A stretch of DNA of 64,000 nt, from NCBI GenBank assembly GCA_039794005.1, contig JBAMMA010000017.1:144752-208751 (forward strand), given 5' to 3'. The stretch comes from Thermoplasmata archaeon. Its GTDB lineage: Archaea; Thermoplasmatota; Thermoplasmata; Thermoplasmatales; ARK-15. Below, piece after piece: positions 9,577-20,576 of the stretch. Position 1 is the first letter of the stretch; the number at the start of each line of letters is the position of its first letter. Both the position numbers and the translations under genes were made by a program. The notes below the pieces were generated by a model, which was not told the DNA's origin, searched no databases, and saw nothing but the letters and a program-made list of their open reading frames with translations.

Positions 9577-10583
9577 CTTTTATATATCAATTTAAGGGAA
9601 TTAGATATAATGAAAAATTAAACCCCCTGGATGATCTAATAATTCCTCCCTTTGATGAAATCAATGAAGAACAAAAAGAAAGATATAAAAAAATAAAATT
9701 TAACTTTGTACATTTTACTCTTCCAGATAGTTATGAATATCCAAAAATTTTGGCAGACAGATTTTTAAAAGATGGGATATTTAAAATTGATGATGATTCT
9801 TATTATCTAATGGAAATCAAATATGAAAATAAAATTTTAAAAGGCATTGTTGCTGCTGTCGATCTGAATGGAAAAATATTTCCTCATGAAAAGACCTTCG
9901 ATTTTCCAGTTAAAGATAGATACAATCTACTTCAAAATTCTGGATATGATTTTGAGTATGTATTCTTTCTAACAAAAAAAGATTTAATATACGACGATGA
10001 AAAATTGCTTTCTTTTGGAACAATGGATAATAAAATTTATAATTTATATAAAATAAATTTAAAGAATAATGATATGGGTGATTTGGTTATAGCTGATGGC
10101 CACCATAGATTCCGGGCGGCCCTCCATTTCCACTCGAACTTTAATGGATATGATAAAATTTTAGGATTTATTATTAATGTTTTTGATAATAATTTAATAC
10201 TTAAAAATGCTAATAAAATGGTCCATGATAAATTAATAGATTTTGATAAAATAAGAGAATATTTTGATTTATCAGATCATGGTCTTAAATTTATTTATAA
10301 AGATAATATTTATTATATAATTCCTAAGGATAATGATTTGTACAAAATGCCTCAAATCTTCTGGTTTAATGAAATTTTAAAATTATTGAATATTGATTAT
10401 AATATAAATAATGTAATTACTTATTTTGATAATTCCTGTAAAAAAGATATGGCCTGCTTTTTTCCCATCCCTCCCAAACCTCAAGAGGTTTTTGATCTGG
10501 CCGTTAACAATATAATATTTCCACAAAAATCTACATACTTTTTACCAAAACCTGCTTCAGGATTGGTTTTTATGAAAAAATGA
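9573..10583 (+). CDS. DUF1015 family protein (ParB/Srx-like fold)
   Basis: FKGIRY, PPFD, PHEKT, IADGHHR, PQKSTYFLPKPASGL. Confidence 0.85.
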   Translation: MTFIYQFKGIRYNEKLNPLDDLIIPPFDEINEEQKERYKKIKFNFVHFTLPDSYEYPKILADRFLKDGIFKIDDDSYYLMEIKYENKILKGIVAAVDLNGKIFPHEKTFDFPVKDRYNLLQNSGYDFEYVFFLTKKDLIYDDEKLLSFGTMDNKIYNLYKINLKNNDMGDLVIADGHHRFRAALHFHSNFNGYDKILGFIINVFDNNLILKNANKMVHDKLIDFDKIREYFDLSDHGLKFIYKDNIYYIIPKDNDLYKMPQIFWFNEILKLLNIDYNINNVITYFDNSCKKDMACFFPIPPKPQEVFDLAVNNIIFPQKSTYFLPKPASGLVFMKK

Positions 10584-10835
10584 TTATAAATATTTTTTTG
10601 AAATCTTCTTATCTTTTAATTCAAATATAAACCATGTTGAATCACCAATATCTATTTCTTCAGTTACAAATGCTTCATTTTTATCAAATAAAAATTTTTT
10701 ATCTTTTTTGATTTTTTTCCATATGGGTTCAGTTATTTTTATTCCTATACCAAATTTAATAGGTTCTTCAGACATTATACAGTAATTTTTTTCCGCCTTA
10801 TCATTATCTATTTCTATCAGCACCATAATATTCAC
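10584..10835 (-). CDS. hypothetical protein (weak resemblance to flavin-reductase-like split barrel)
   Basis: 83 aa, coupled to the gcvT stop; SEEPIKFGIGI and IGDSTWFIFEL resemble flavin reductase motifs. Confidence 0.5.
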   Translation of the reverse strand: MNIMVLIEIDNDKAEKNYCIMSEEPIKFGIGIKITEPIWKKIKKDKKFLFDKNEAFVTEEIDIGDSTWFIFELKDKKISKKYL

Positions 10836-11938
10836 CTTAATATCTTTGGTTTACTTACATTTGCCTTTAATAATTTATCTCTTATCTGTATATCTACTAT
10901 ATCACCCAATTTAATATTTTTATCCAGATAACCTAATCCTATACCCTTCTTTAATATTGGAGACATTGTACCTGAGGTAATATATCCAACTTCATTTCCA
11001 TCTTTAAATATTTTATATCCATGTCTTGGGATACCATTATCTATCATTATGAATCCTCTGAATATCTGTTTATAATTTTCTTTAATTTTTAGTAATGCCT
11101 CTTTACCTATAAAATCATGATCCCAATCAATAATCCATGATATAGATGCTTCTATGGGACTTTTATCCATATGGAAATCCTGACCCGATAATAACATGCC
11201 CTTTTCCATCCTTAAAGTATCTCTTGCGCCTAGACCGGCTGGTTTTAAATTAAATTCTTTTCCTTCATTTATTAACATATCCCATATTTCCTCTGCATAT
11301 TCATTTGGGAATATTAATTCATATCCATTTTCACCTGTATATCCTGTTCTTGAAATCATTATCTTATTATATGGAAAGAAATCATCCTCTCTGGTCTCTA
11401 AATTCTTTATAGATATAAAATCAAAATAAAAACTATTCATATTATCATAATTATAATTTGTTAACTTTTTCATTACATCAACGGATTTTGGACCTTGTAC
11501 CGCTATACTAGCATATAATAGTGTTCTATCTATAATATTTATATCATATCCATTTGATTTGCTTAATATCCAATTATATATCATATCTGCTGTAGATGCA
11601 TTGGGAATTAAAAGGGCCTTATTTTTATTGATTTTGTAAACTATAGTATCATCCAGCATAATTCCATTTTCGTTTAAATATGCTGAATATTTTGCCTGTT
11701 TTTCTACCATGTTAGAAAATTTTGTTGGTAATAAATAATCCAAAAATATTTCAGTATCTTTTCCTTCAATTATTATATCTCCCATATGAGAAACATCAAA
11801 TATACTTACATTTGTTCTAGTATTAATATGCTCATCTATAATACCTGTATATTCTAAAGGCATTTCAAAACCAGCAAATTCTGTCATTCTTGCCTTCAAT
11901 TCGATATGCTTGTTATACAATGGAGTTCTTTTCGGCAT
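10832..11938 (-). CDS. gcvT: glycine cleavage system aminomethyltransferase T
   Basis: KRTPLY, FAGFEMPLEY, FDVSHMG, SRTGYTGENGYE, GLGARDTLRME. Confidence 0.96.
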   Translation of the reverse strand: MPKRTPLYNKHIELKARMTEFAGFEMPLEYTGIIDEHINTRTNVSIFDVSHMGDIIIEGKDTEIFLDYLLPTKFSNMVEKQAKYSAYLNENGIMLDDTIVYKINKNKALLIPNASTADMIYNWILSKSNGYDINIIDRTLLYASIAVQGPKSVDVMKKLTNYNYDNMNSFYFDFISIKNLETREDDFFPYNKIMISRTGYTGENGYELIFPNEYAEEIWDMLINEGKEFNLKPAGLGARDTLRMEKGMLLSGQDFHMDKSPIEASISWIIDWDHDFIGKEALLKIKENYKQIFRGFIMIDNGIPRHGYKIFKDGNEVGYITSGTMSPILKKGIGLGYLDKNIKLGDIVDIQIRDKLLKANVSKPKILR

Positions 11939-12002
11939 ATTTTCACCTAATATAATAAATGTTTATAACAATTTAAATTTTAATTATTTTTTCCAGTGGA
12001 AA

Positions 12003-12587
12003 TCAGGGGGTGAGGGATACAAAATATTCATGTATTTTAGAATTGTTAGATAATTCAGGATGAAATGTTAATGCCAAATGTTTACCATCTGTGATAATTA
12101 CAGGATCTGTGTTGAAATAACCAAGAACATCTAGATTATTTCCCACCCTTATAATTTTAGGTGCCCTAATAAAAATTGCATGAAAATTGTCATCTATATT
12201 TTTTATTTTTATATAGGCTTCAAATGAATTATACTGTCTTCCATAAGCATTTCTGGATACGTCAAAATCCATTAGGCCCATTCCGACAACCCTTGAATCA
12301 TTCGTATTTTTTGAAATTAAAATAGCACCAGCACAGGTACCCATTACCCTTAATCGATTTTTGCTTACCATTTCAACTATTTTATCATAAATGCCTTTTC
12401 TTTTTGAAATGTTATATAAGGTTGTTGATTCGCCACCAGGTATGATTATTCCAGAGAGTGTTTCAAGATCTTCCTTATTTCTGACTGAAATGACTTGACC
12501 ATCAACATTCCTATTTTTCATCGCTATTTCAAGCATTCTAAAGTGTTCAGAAACATCCCCTTGAATATCTAAAACTCCATAATTCAT
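12003..12587 (-). CDS. pdxT: pyridoxal 5'-phosphate synthase glutaminase subunit
   Basis: QGDVSEH, IPGGESTT, GTCAG, RNAYGRQ, FIRAP, FHPEL. Confidence 0.95.
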   Translation of the reverse strand: MNYGVLDIQGDVSEHFRMLEIAMKNRNVDGQVISVRNKEDLETLSGIIIPGGESTTLYNISKRKGIYDKIVEMVSKNRLRVMGTCAGAILISKNTNDSRVVGMGLMDFDVSRNAYGRQYNSFEAYIKIKNIDDNFHAIFIRAPKIIRVGNNLDVLGYFNTDPVIITDGKHLALTFHPELSNNSKIHEYFVSLTP

Positions 12588-12633
12588 ATTGGGATGTTAA
12601 TATCAAAAAATATTTAAAAATTTTAGAAAAAAT

Positions 12634-13584
12634 TTATTCTTGAGGTTTTTCATCCATGTTAATATTTAAAAGCCTGGAAATTTCTTTGTATCTGTTTCTA
12701 ATGGTCACTTCTGTAACTCCAGCAACATCCGCAATTTCTTTCTGAGTTCTTACCTGGTTTTTAAGGGTAGATGCAATATATATTGCAGCGGCTGCAACGC
12801 CTGTAGGCCCTTTTCCAGAAACTATTCCCAATTCAGATGATTTTCTTATTATGTCCTCAGCTAATTCTTGAACGCTTTTATCTAGATTTAACTTTGCGCA
12901 GAACTGTGGTAAATAAGATACTGGATTTGTCGGTTTTAAAGACAATTTCAATTCCTTTGTCAAATGTCTATATGATCTGCCAATCTTCTTCTTGCTCAAT
13001 TCAGCAGCCTTTGCAATTTCATCCAATGTTCTTGGCATATTCACTTTCCTGCATGCAGCATAGATGCTGGCTGCAACAATGCTTTCAATACTTCTTCCCC
13101 TTATTAGATTGTTTTCTACAGCTTTTCTATATATTATTGCCGCATTTTCTTTAATATCTTTTGGAAGGCCCATCTTTGTTGCTATGGTATTCAATTCCTG
13201 CAATGCTATCGATAAATTTCTTTCTGCAGAATTGCTCACCCTAATCCTTTGGTGCCATTTCCTTACCCTATACATTTGTGCCCTATTCCTATGGGGAATC
13301 CTTTTTCCATAGGAATCTTTGTTTGACCATGAAATTTCCGTAGCCAGACCCTTGTCATGACTTAAGTAATTCGTTGGAGCACCAGTCCTTGCCCTTTTCT
13401 CTTCCTGTTCACTATCAAAAGCTCTCCATTCTGGTCCTTGATCTATATATGTGTCATCTAAAACGTGGCCACAATCTTTGCATATTAGTTCGCCACGCTC
13501 ATAATCATATATAAAATGTGTTGAACCACATTTTGGACAAACATGCTTCTGGCCCTCTTCAAAATTATCGGTCATCGGAACCAC
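12634..13584 (-). CDS. tfb: transcription initiation factor IIB (TFB)
   Basis: CPKC...CKDC Zn ribbon, GPEWRAF, GRSIE, GVTEVTIRNRYKE; start may be ATG 13575. Confidence 0.97.
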   Translation of the reverse strand: MVPMTDNFEEGQKHVCPKCGSTHFIYDYERGELICKDCGHVLDDTYIDQGPEWRAFDSEQEEKRARTGAPTNYLSHDKGLATEISWSNKDSYGKRIPHRNRAQMYRVRKWHQRIRVSNSAERNLSIALQELNTIATKMGLPKDIKENAAIIYRKAVENNLIRGRSIESIVAASIYAACRKVNMPRTLDEIAKAAELSKKKIGRSYRHLTKELKLSLKPTNPVSYLPQFCAKLNLDKSVQELAEDIIRKSSELGIVSGKGPTGVAAAAIYIASTLKNQVRTQKEIADVAGVTEVTIRNRYKEISRLLNINMDEKPQE

Positions 13585-13644
13585 CAGTATCGGAAAATTT
13601 AATAAAAGGAAAAAAGATATAAAGTTTTTCCAGATAGAAACATT

Positions 13645-14895
13645 TTAATACATCTTCAGAAAATCTTCCCTTTTTCCTTTTATTGTTGCGTCAAATCCTA
13701 TTTTTGTTGTAATGTCATTTTCATATCTTGAAGGATCAAGTGAACTTCCCTTTTCTCTTTTAATTATCATATCTCTATCTCCCTGGAATCTTGTAGCAAG
13801 GGACCATTCAACATCTTCCATATTGTTTATGTCTATATCCTCATCTACTATTATAACATGTTTTAAGCTCTTGTGCCCCTCGAAAGCACCTTCTATTGCC
13901 TTTTTTCCATCTTCTTCATGTTCCTTCTTTATTTTAACTATTGCATGAAGCCATGAAGATCCTCCGTATGTTAATTTTACATCTAATACATTCACACCCT
14001 TCTCTTTTACTGATTTATATATCGTTGGTTCCCTTGGCATCCCCATAAGGTTATAGTGTTCATAATATCCGGATAATAATACATGGAATACAGAATCCTC
14101 TTTATAATGCATTTTCTCAAAATAAACAATAGGCTGATCGTATTTTATGTCATAAGTTCTTGTAATGTCAAGAAATGGCCCTTCAACAGGATATGTATCC
14201 AATGTTATCTTTGCCTCAAATATATATTCACTTTCAAGAGGTGCATAAATATTATTTGATAACTTTATCATTTTTTCTCTCTCATTCATTGTTATATATC
14301 TAAGAGATGATGCTATTTTTGATTCATCAATGTTATAATCAACCGATGTCGCTGCGGCCAGAAGGAATGTGGGGAAGGCTCCAACAACAATATTTATTTT
14401 TAATTCTTCACCGTTAGATTTTGCATCATTGTACATTTTAAAAAGATCTCTTGGAACCAATCTTATTGCAGCCCTTTTTTCATCAATTACCATCATCCTA
14501 TGAAATGATACATTCCTCTTGTTTTTATATTCTGAAAATACGATTGCAGATGTTAAATAATTTGAACCTTCCTTTTCAAAGTATTTTGGTATCGGTAATT
14601 CCCTTAAATTTACATCTTTTGTGGTTTTATATGGAAATGAATCAACAACATCATAATCCATTGGATTATCTATTGCATATAACATGCTTTTTAGAATATC
14701 CGAATTATTCAACACTTTTGATATATTTTTTCTATCTGCCCATATATTTCCGGCAGCCATATATCCATCAATATTTTCAAAGAAGACGGGTTGGAAAGGA
14801 TATTTTAAAAGATATTTTGTAACCTCCAAATTTTTGCTTACCTTTTCTTTAACATATATGGTATTTTCAAATCTTTTTATTAATTTATAATACAT
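13645..14895 (-). CDS. UbiD family prFMN-dependent decarboxylase
   Basis: RNVSFHRM, EGPFLD, EHYNLMG, VDEDID...VEWSLATR, GSSLDPS. Confidence 0.9.
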   Translation of the reverse strand: MYYKLIKRFENTIYVKEKVSKNLEVTKYLLKYPFQPVFFENIDGYMAAGNIWADRKNISKVLNNSDILKSMLYAIDNPMDYDVVDSFPYKTTKDVNLRELPIPKYFEKEGSNYLTSAIVFSEYKNKRNVSFHRMMVIDEKRAAIRLVPRDLFKMYNDAKSNGEELKINIVVGAFPTFLLAAATSVDYNIDESKIASSLRYITMNEREKMIKLSNNIYAPLESEYIFEAKITLDTYPVEGPFLDITRTYDIKYDQPIVYFEKMHYKEDSVFHVLLSGYYEHYNLMGMPREPTIYKSVKEKGVNVLDVKLTYGGSSWLHAIVKIKKEHEEDGKKAIEGAFEGHKSLKHVIIVDEDIDINNMEDVEWSLATRFQGDRDMIIKREKGSSLDPSRYENDITTKIGFDATIKGKREDFLKMY

Positions 14896-14926
14896 ATTTT
14901 ACAATATAACAATAAATTTAATATTT

Positions 14927-15787
14927 TTATTCCTCGAAATTAATATCGATTTGATCATATCCTTTTTTATACAATTCCTTTCTATGTGCTTCAAGCATTA
15001 AATTATCTTCATTGTTCATTTCTGCATATGTGAAAACATTGCCATTTTTAAAAATTTCATATAGTATCTCTCTATATTTTAAATCCCTCAAAAGATGATG
15101 GTCAATTACCACCTTCCCTATTTCATTTGAAATTATTTTTAAATTTTCGATAGATCTATCTAAATCCCTTCTTGAGAATTTATATCCAAGAAAGTATGTT
15201 GGTGGGCCATCAATCACAACAACATCTGGGTTTTCTCTCAAAATAAAATCTCTTACATTCTCAACTATGGGTCCCTCTACATCTGAAGTGTACAAAATTT
15301 TCTCATCACTTTCTATAACAACAGAAACTACGTAACCAAGTTTTGAATCCTCATTTCCATGGTGAAATGGTTCTGAAAAAAATATTTTCGTATTTTTAAA
15401 TTCATATTCTTTAGAATCTGCAATTGAATAATCTGATATTTTTGTAAGAAAATATTCAGCCCTTAACCTTTGGCTTCTATTTATTTTATTATTTGGATCC
15501 TTTAATATGATTTTTTTATCTTTATAAAAATCATCATCTGGATCGTAATGATCATAATGGTAATGTGTAATTATTATAACATCCGAATCTTTTGCAATTT
15601 TATTTATTTTCCTTTTACATTCCAATAATTTTTGATATTCAATTTTTGTAGGCCTAAGGCCATATCTATAAGGACCTAAGGATGCAGATGGATCGATGAT
15701 AATCTTTACATCACTCCTTATAAAAACACTCATAGATCTTACTCCCATAGAATCTGAACATAGATATTCTATTTCCATTTTTATCAA
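14927..15787 (-). CDS. MBL-fold metallo-hydrolase (UPF0282-like)
   Basis: DSMGVRSM, THYHYDH, SDVEGP, DHHLLRD. Confidence 0.88.
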   Translation of the reverse strand: MIKMEIEYLCSDSMGVRSMSVFIRSDVKIIIDPSASLGPYRYGLRPTKIEYQKLLECKRKINKIAKDSDVIIITHYHYDHYDPDDDFYKDKKIILKDPNNKINRSQRLRAEYFLTKISDYSIADSKEYEFKNTKIFFSEPFHHGNEDSKLGYVVSVVIESDEKILYTSDVEGPIVENVRDFILRENPDVVVIDGPPTYFLGYKFSRRDLDRSIENLKIISNEIGKVVIDHHLLRDLKYREILYEIFKNGNVFTYAEMNNEDNLMLEAHRKELYKKGYDQIDINFEE

Positions 15788-15899
15788 AAAAATATCAGAA
15801 ATTAATTTATTATTTTTATTTATTTTTAAAGAGAATAATTAATAAAAATGTCAAATTAGCAAAAAATTTTAAATATATAATTTAATATAAAAAAACTTG

Positions 15900-16634
15900 A
15901 TGCGATTGTTAATAAATTTAACATCCGATAAACATGTTCCAAAAGAATATTTTAACAAATATTATTTTCAGAGTTCTATATATTTTAATTTGATAAATAC
16001 AAATTTTGAAAATCTCCATAATAAGAAGGGATTTAAATTTTTCACTTTTAGCGATTTTTTTCCCTCTGGCGATCTTGAACCAAATAAGATAAAGAGTGTA
16101 ATCATATCTTCACCGAATAAAGATTTCATCAAAACATTGTTCGATAAGATGAATGATAATGGATTAATATATTTGTCTGAGAAAAAACTGAATATTTCAT
16201 CTCTAAAAGTTTATGAGATTAAAAATGTGCCAAAGATTTTCGAGACAGGAAGTCCAATAGTTTTACAGGTGGAGAAAAAATATAACAAATATTTTTCCTT
16301 TAAAAATAATAATAGCATTTCATGTTTCTTAAGGCGTTTAAAAGAAAATGCAATTAAAAAATATACCACATATTATAACATTGAAGAATTTAATTTTGAA
16401 GAATTTATATTTGATGAATTAATGTTTAAAAGAGAGGTTGTTGTAAATTTAAAAAAGAATGGAAAAAATTTCTTAATGATAGGATCTACATGGTATTATT
16501 TAAAAAAGATTCGCATATCTAATGATCTGTTGAATTTTTATAGATTTATAATGGAAGCTGGTTTAGGCGAAAAGAATAGTTTGGGTTTCGGTTTTATAAA
16601 TCCAAAGAAAATTAAGGATAAAAGAATCAAATAA
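15900..16634 (+). CDS. cas6: CRISPR-associated endoribonuclease Cas6 (orphan)
   Basis: LHNKKGFKFFTFS and C-terminal G-rich loop GLGEKNSLGFG. Confidence 0.9.
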   Translation: MRLLINLTSDKHVPKEYFNKYYFQSSIYFNLINTNFENLHNKKGFKFFTFSDFFPSGDLEPNKIKSVIISSPNKDFIKTLFDKMNDNGLIYLSEKKLNISSLKVYEIKNVPKIFETGSPIVLQVEKKYNKYFSFKNNNSISCFLRRLKENAIKKYTTYYNIEEFNFEEFIFDELMFKREVVVNLKKNGKNFLMIGSTWYYLKKIRISNDLLNFYRFIMEAGLGEKNSLGFGFINPKKIKDKRIK

Positions 16635-16676
16635 TTTTATAATAAAATTGAAAATGAATAAAAAATAAAAATCATT

Positions 16677-17960
16677 GTGAATATTATAAATGATATGAGA
16701 AAAAAAATGGTCGGCTTTAAAGAAGACGTTAAAATTGAAGATATGCTGGAAGAATTCAGAAAATATATAGGAAAATCTGATAGGTATGAAACGATCGATG
16801 TTTTAGAATCTTTAAACAGATTTTCATTTTCGGATATATATTCTAATAATAATATACCAGAATATGATAGGGCTGTTGTGGATGGATTTGCCGTAAATTT
16901 CAACGATGTTCTCGGGGCATCAATAAACAATCCTGTAAGATTAAAAGTTTCCAATACAATATATCCAAATGATAAAAATGAATACATTTTGGAAAATGGA
17001 CATGCCTATAGGATATTCACCGGAGCTAAGATACCCAAAAATGCAGATTGTGTTATAATGGTTGAAGATTGTATTGATTATGGAGATGAAGTGGATGTGC
17101 AAAAATCATGCTTTAATTATCAAAATATTTCTAGAAAAGGTGAAGATCTATCAGTAGGCCAAAAGATAATTTCGGCTGGAACAAAGATCACACCTTACCA
17201 CATAGCATCATTAATATCTGCGAATTTCGAAAAAATAGATGTTTTCAAAAGAATAAGGGTAGGAATTATAAATACTGGGGATGAGTTGTTTGATAAAGAT
17301 TTTAAAAATACCACTGGAATGATGCTCTATTCTTTATCCAAACATTATGATATGGAACCAAAGTTATACATGTCTCGTGACAACGAGGAGGAATTAAAAA
17401 GAAAATTGATTGAATCCTTGTCTGAAAATGATATAGTATTTACAACTGGCGGCTCTAGTGTAGGAGAGAAGGATATCGTTCCTGAAGTAATCAATTCAAT
17501 GAACCCGGAAATTTTTATGCATGGTGTTTCAATGAGACCTGCAAGATCCACAGGTTTTTCAATCATAAATAAAAAACCAGTGATATTACTATCGGGTTTT
17601 CCAGTTGCATCTTTCATATCTTTTTCTCTTTTCATAAATGAATTTATGAAAAAATTTTATGGATCATTACCTATGAGGTCTCCGATAATAAAGGGAAAGA
17701 TTACTAGGAGATTTACGAACAACCCAGGAATTAGGAGTTTTGTCAGAGTGAAAGTATATAAAGATGGAAATCAAATATTTGTAGAACCTCTTAGATTGAC
17801 AGGTTCTGGAATTCTATCTACATTGACAGAGGCCAACGGAATACTGGTTTTAGAAGAACATGTGGAAGGATATGATGAAGGTGATGAAGTAACAGTCTTT
17901 TTGACACAACCAGTAGGAGATGAAAATAGTTTTATCTTTCCATATATTCAGTTCATGTGA
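16677..17960 (+). CDS. moeA: molybdopterin molybdenumtransferase MoeA
   Basis: YDRAVVDGFAV, IFTGAKIP, TGDEL, TTGGSSVG, GFPV. Confidence 0.92.
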   Translation: MNIINDMRKKMVGFKEDVKIEDMLEEFRKYIGKSDRYETIDVLESLNRFSFSDIYSNNNIPEYDRAVVDGFAVNFNDVLGASINNPVRLKVSNTIYPNDKNEYILENGHAYRIFTGAKIPKNADCVIMVEDCIDYGDEVDVQKSCFNYQNISRKGEDLSVGQKIISAGTKITPYHIASLISANFEKIDVFKRIRVGIINTGDELFDKDFKNTTGMMLYSLSKHYDMEPKLYMSRDNEEELKRKLIESLSENDIVFTTGGSSVGEKDIVPEVINSMNPEIFMHGVSMRPARSTGFSIINKKPVILLSGFPVASFISFSLFINEFMKKFYGSLPMRSPIIKGKITRRFTNNPGIRSFVRVKVYKDGNQIFVEPLRLTGSGILSTLTEANGILVLEEHVEGYDEGDEVTVFLTQPVGDENSFIFPYIQFM

Positions 17961-19897
17961 TAAAAATGAAAATTTATCATAATCTAATAACATTAGAAGA
18001 TGCAAAAATCATATTAAGAAATCTTTTGGATAAAATAAAATTGGATGTTGAAGAAATAGATTTAAAAAATTCTTATGGAAGAATTTTAGCTGAAGAAATA
18101 TCCTCAAAGATAGATTCCCCTCCATTTGATAGGTCTGAGGTTGATGGTTATGCAGTAAACCATTTATCTTTAATAGGCGCTGAGGAAGATAATCCAGTAA
18201 AATTGAAGGTAAAATTTTCAATAAACCCTGGAGAATATGTAAATGAACATATAAATTTAAATGAAGCTGCTGAAATATCAACAGGTTCAATGATTCCAAA
18301 AGGTGCGAATGCTGTTGTTATGGAGGAATATACTAAAAGGGTAGGAGAATATGTAGAAATATATAGATCTGTATCTCCTGGAGAAAACATTGCATTCACT
18401 GGAAGCGATGTTTTAATAGGCGATATAACGCTTTCTAAAATGACCAAGCTAGATAGCGCTAAGATAGCACTCATAGCATCTCTTGGTTATTCAAAAATTA
18501 AGGTGTATAGAAAAATAAGGGCTGGAATATTATCCACAGGCAATGAAATTTTACCACCAGGGGAAGAACTGAAACCAGGAAAATTATATGATTCAAATTC
18601 CTATTCAATTACTTCATATTTAAATATGCTCGATATTGATTGGAAATTCTATGGAATAGCAAGAGATGATGAAAATGATATAAAGGAAAAAATATTTAAA
18701 GCATTAGAAGAACAGGATATTGTTTTTACGTCTGGAAGCACATCAGCCGGAAAGGGAGATATCATTTATAAAATAATTGAAGAAAATGGAAAACTTTTAT
18801 TTCACGGACTTTTAATAAAACCAGGTAAACCCACGCTCCTCGGTATAATGAATGATAAAATTGTTATTGGACTCCCTGGATTTCCATTCTCATCTTTATC
18901 TGTTCTTGAATTTTTAATTAAACCGGTTTTCATGGATTATTTAAAAATTCCGAATAAACAGATAAAATTAAATGCTAAAAGTATGATAAAAATAAAATCA
19001 TCCAAAAATGTAGATGAATTTATACCAGTAGGAATAATTAAAAGAATGGGCGAATACTATTTCTATCCCGTGAATTCACAGTCAGGATCAATAACATCAA
19101 TGATATTTTCAGACGGCATAGCCATTATACCAATGAATAAAAATTATATTGAAGAAAATGAAAATGTAGAAATAAGTTTAATAAACAATGAGTTTGAAAA
19201 TTACGATATAATAGGGATAGGAAGTCATTGCCCTTTATTAGATGATATATTAATAGACTATAAGAGGGCAAAATATATAAGAACAGGATCGACTGCAGGG
19301 TGGGTCTCAATTGAAAAAAATATAGCTGAATTTGCCGGGACCCATTTGTTGGATGAAAATACCTTGGAATACAACATACCTTTTATTGAAAAGTACAGGC
19401 TAAAAGATAAAGCCAAAATAGTAAGGGGATATGGAAGAATGCAGGGGTTTGTTGTTAAAAAAGGAAACCCAAAAGATATAAAGGGCTTTGAAGATTTATT
19501 GAGAGAAGATGTTGTTATTGTAAACAGGGTTAAAGGTTCAGGTACTAGGACACTCTTAGATATAAATCTTAAAAAGATCGCAGAAAAGGAAAATGTAGAT
19601 TTTAAAGAATTGATACAGGATATAAAGGGTTACTATTTTGAAGGAAAAACTCATTCCTCTGTTGCTGCTGCAGTTTCACAGGGAAGGGCAGATGTTGGCC
19701 TTACTATAGAATATTATGCATATTTATACAATCTGGATTTTATACCAATTCAGTCTGAAATATTTGATCTCCTGGTCTCAAACCAAAGTGAAAAAATAGA
19801 CGAATTTATAGAATATTTCATAAATGCCGTAAAGGAAAAGTATAGTAAATACAAAGGTTATAAATTATTGGAGGATACGGGTAAAATATATTATTAA
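17957..19897 (+). CDS. moeA: MoeA fused to a C-terminal periplasmic-binding-like (molybdate/tungstate) domain
   Basis: SPPFDRSEVDGYAV, STGNE, KPGKPT, GLPGFP; C-terminal GSHC...GTHLLD...NRVKGSGTR. Confidence 0.92.
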   Translation: MIKMKIYHNLITLEDAKIILRNLLDKIKLDVEEIDLKNSYGRILAEEISSKIDSPPFDRSEVDGYAVNHLSLIGAEEDNPVKLKVKFSINPGEYVNEHINLNEAAEISTGSMIPKGANAVVMEEYTKRVGEYVEIYRSVSPGENIAFTGSDVLIGDITLSKMTKLDSAKIALIASLGYSKIKVYRKIRAGILSTGNEILPPGEELKPGKLYDSNSYSITSYLNMLDIDWKFYGIARDDENDIKEKIFKALEEQDIVFTSGSTSAGKGDIIYKIIEENGKLLFHGLLIKPGKPTLLGIMNDKIVIGLPGFPFSSLSVLEFLIKPVFMDYLKIPNKQIKLNAKSMIKIKSSKNVDEFIPVGIIKRMGEYYFYPVNSQSGSITSMIFSDGIAIIPMNKNYIEENENVEISLINNEFENYDIIGIGSHCPLLDDILIDYKRAKYIRTGSTAGWVSIEKNIAEFAGTHLLDENTLEYNIPFIEKYRLKDKAKIVRGYGRMQGFVVKKGNPKDIKGFEDLLREDVVIVNRVKGSGTRTLLDINLKKIAEKENVDFKELIQDIKGYYFEGKTHSSVAAAVSQGRADVGLTIEYYAYLYNLDFIPIQSEIFDLLVSNQSEKIDEFIEYFINAVKEKYSKYKGYKLLEDTGKIYY

Positions 19898-20535
19898 ATC
19901 AATATATTTAATAATTTGGCCAAATCCTTTTCGTATATTGTAAAATCGGCAAAATCCACAATTTTTTCAGTAAATGGATTGAAGGCAATCGAAATATCTG
20001 AATTTACAAACATGGGTATATCAACAATACCATCCCCTACTGAAACAATTTTCTTAAATTTTATATTTTGAGAATAAATGAATGAAAGCATTGCAATATC
20101 TTTTCTATATGGATTTAAATTTAAAATTCCTCTGCCAGTTAATCTTCCATTCTTTTCATCTATTACGTTCGATATTTGATAATCCATACCCAATTTCTTC
20201 AGAATTAAACTAGCAAGTATATCCGGGCTACCTGTAATTATAACCGTTATATAACCATTCTCTTTCAATTTTTTAATCGTATATTCTGCATTTTTCATTG
20301 TTGGAATATTTTCATATATTTTTTCAAGTTTTTTTCTATTCAAATTTTTGTCTTTTTCAATCCAGAGTGAAATGTCCAATTCAACAAATTTTTCGTAATC
20401 TATTTTTCCACTGTTAAAAAGTTCGATATTTTTCGAATTGTCAACCTTGTAAAATTTGTGTATGAAATACCAACCACTTCTGCAATCGGTCAAAACTCCA
20501 TCCATGTCGAAGAATATCACTTTATCTCTTTCCAT
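19894..20535 (-). CDS. HAD-IB phosphatase (phosphoserine phosphatase-like)
   Basis: FFDMDGVLT, ITGS, VGDGIVD. Confidence 0.85.
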   Translation of the reverse strand: MERDKVIFFDMDGVLTDCRSGWYFIHKFYKVDNSKNIELFNSGKIDYEKFVELDISLWIEKDKNLNRKKLEKIYENIPTMKNAEYTIKKLKENGYITVIITGSPDILASLILKKLGMDYQISNVIDEKNGRLTGRGILNLNPYRKDIAMLSFIYSQNIKFKKIVSVGDGIVDIPMFVNSDISIAFNPFTEKIVDFADFTIYEKDLAKLLNILI

Positions 20536-20576
20536 TTTAATTTAAATTAATAGATCAAAAATAAAAATTTATCTTT

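Noticed and set aside
9573-10583. DUF1015 protein (DGHHR) as a ParB partition protein of a mobile element
   Set aside because: The whole protein matches the DUF1015 pattern, it has no HTH or ParA partner, and the family is commonly chromosomal.
15788-15899. Mini CRISPR array or repeat beside cas6
   Set aside because: Only AT-rich promoter-like sequence; no copy of the repeat is visible.
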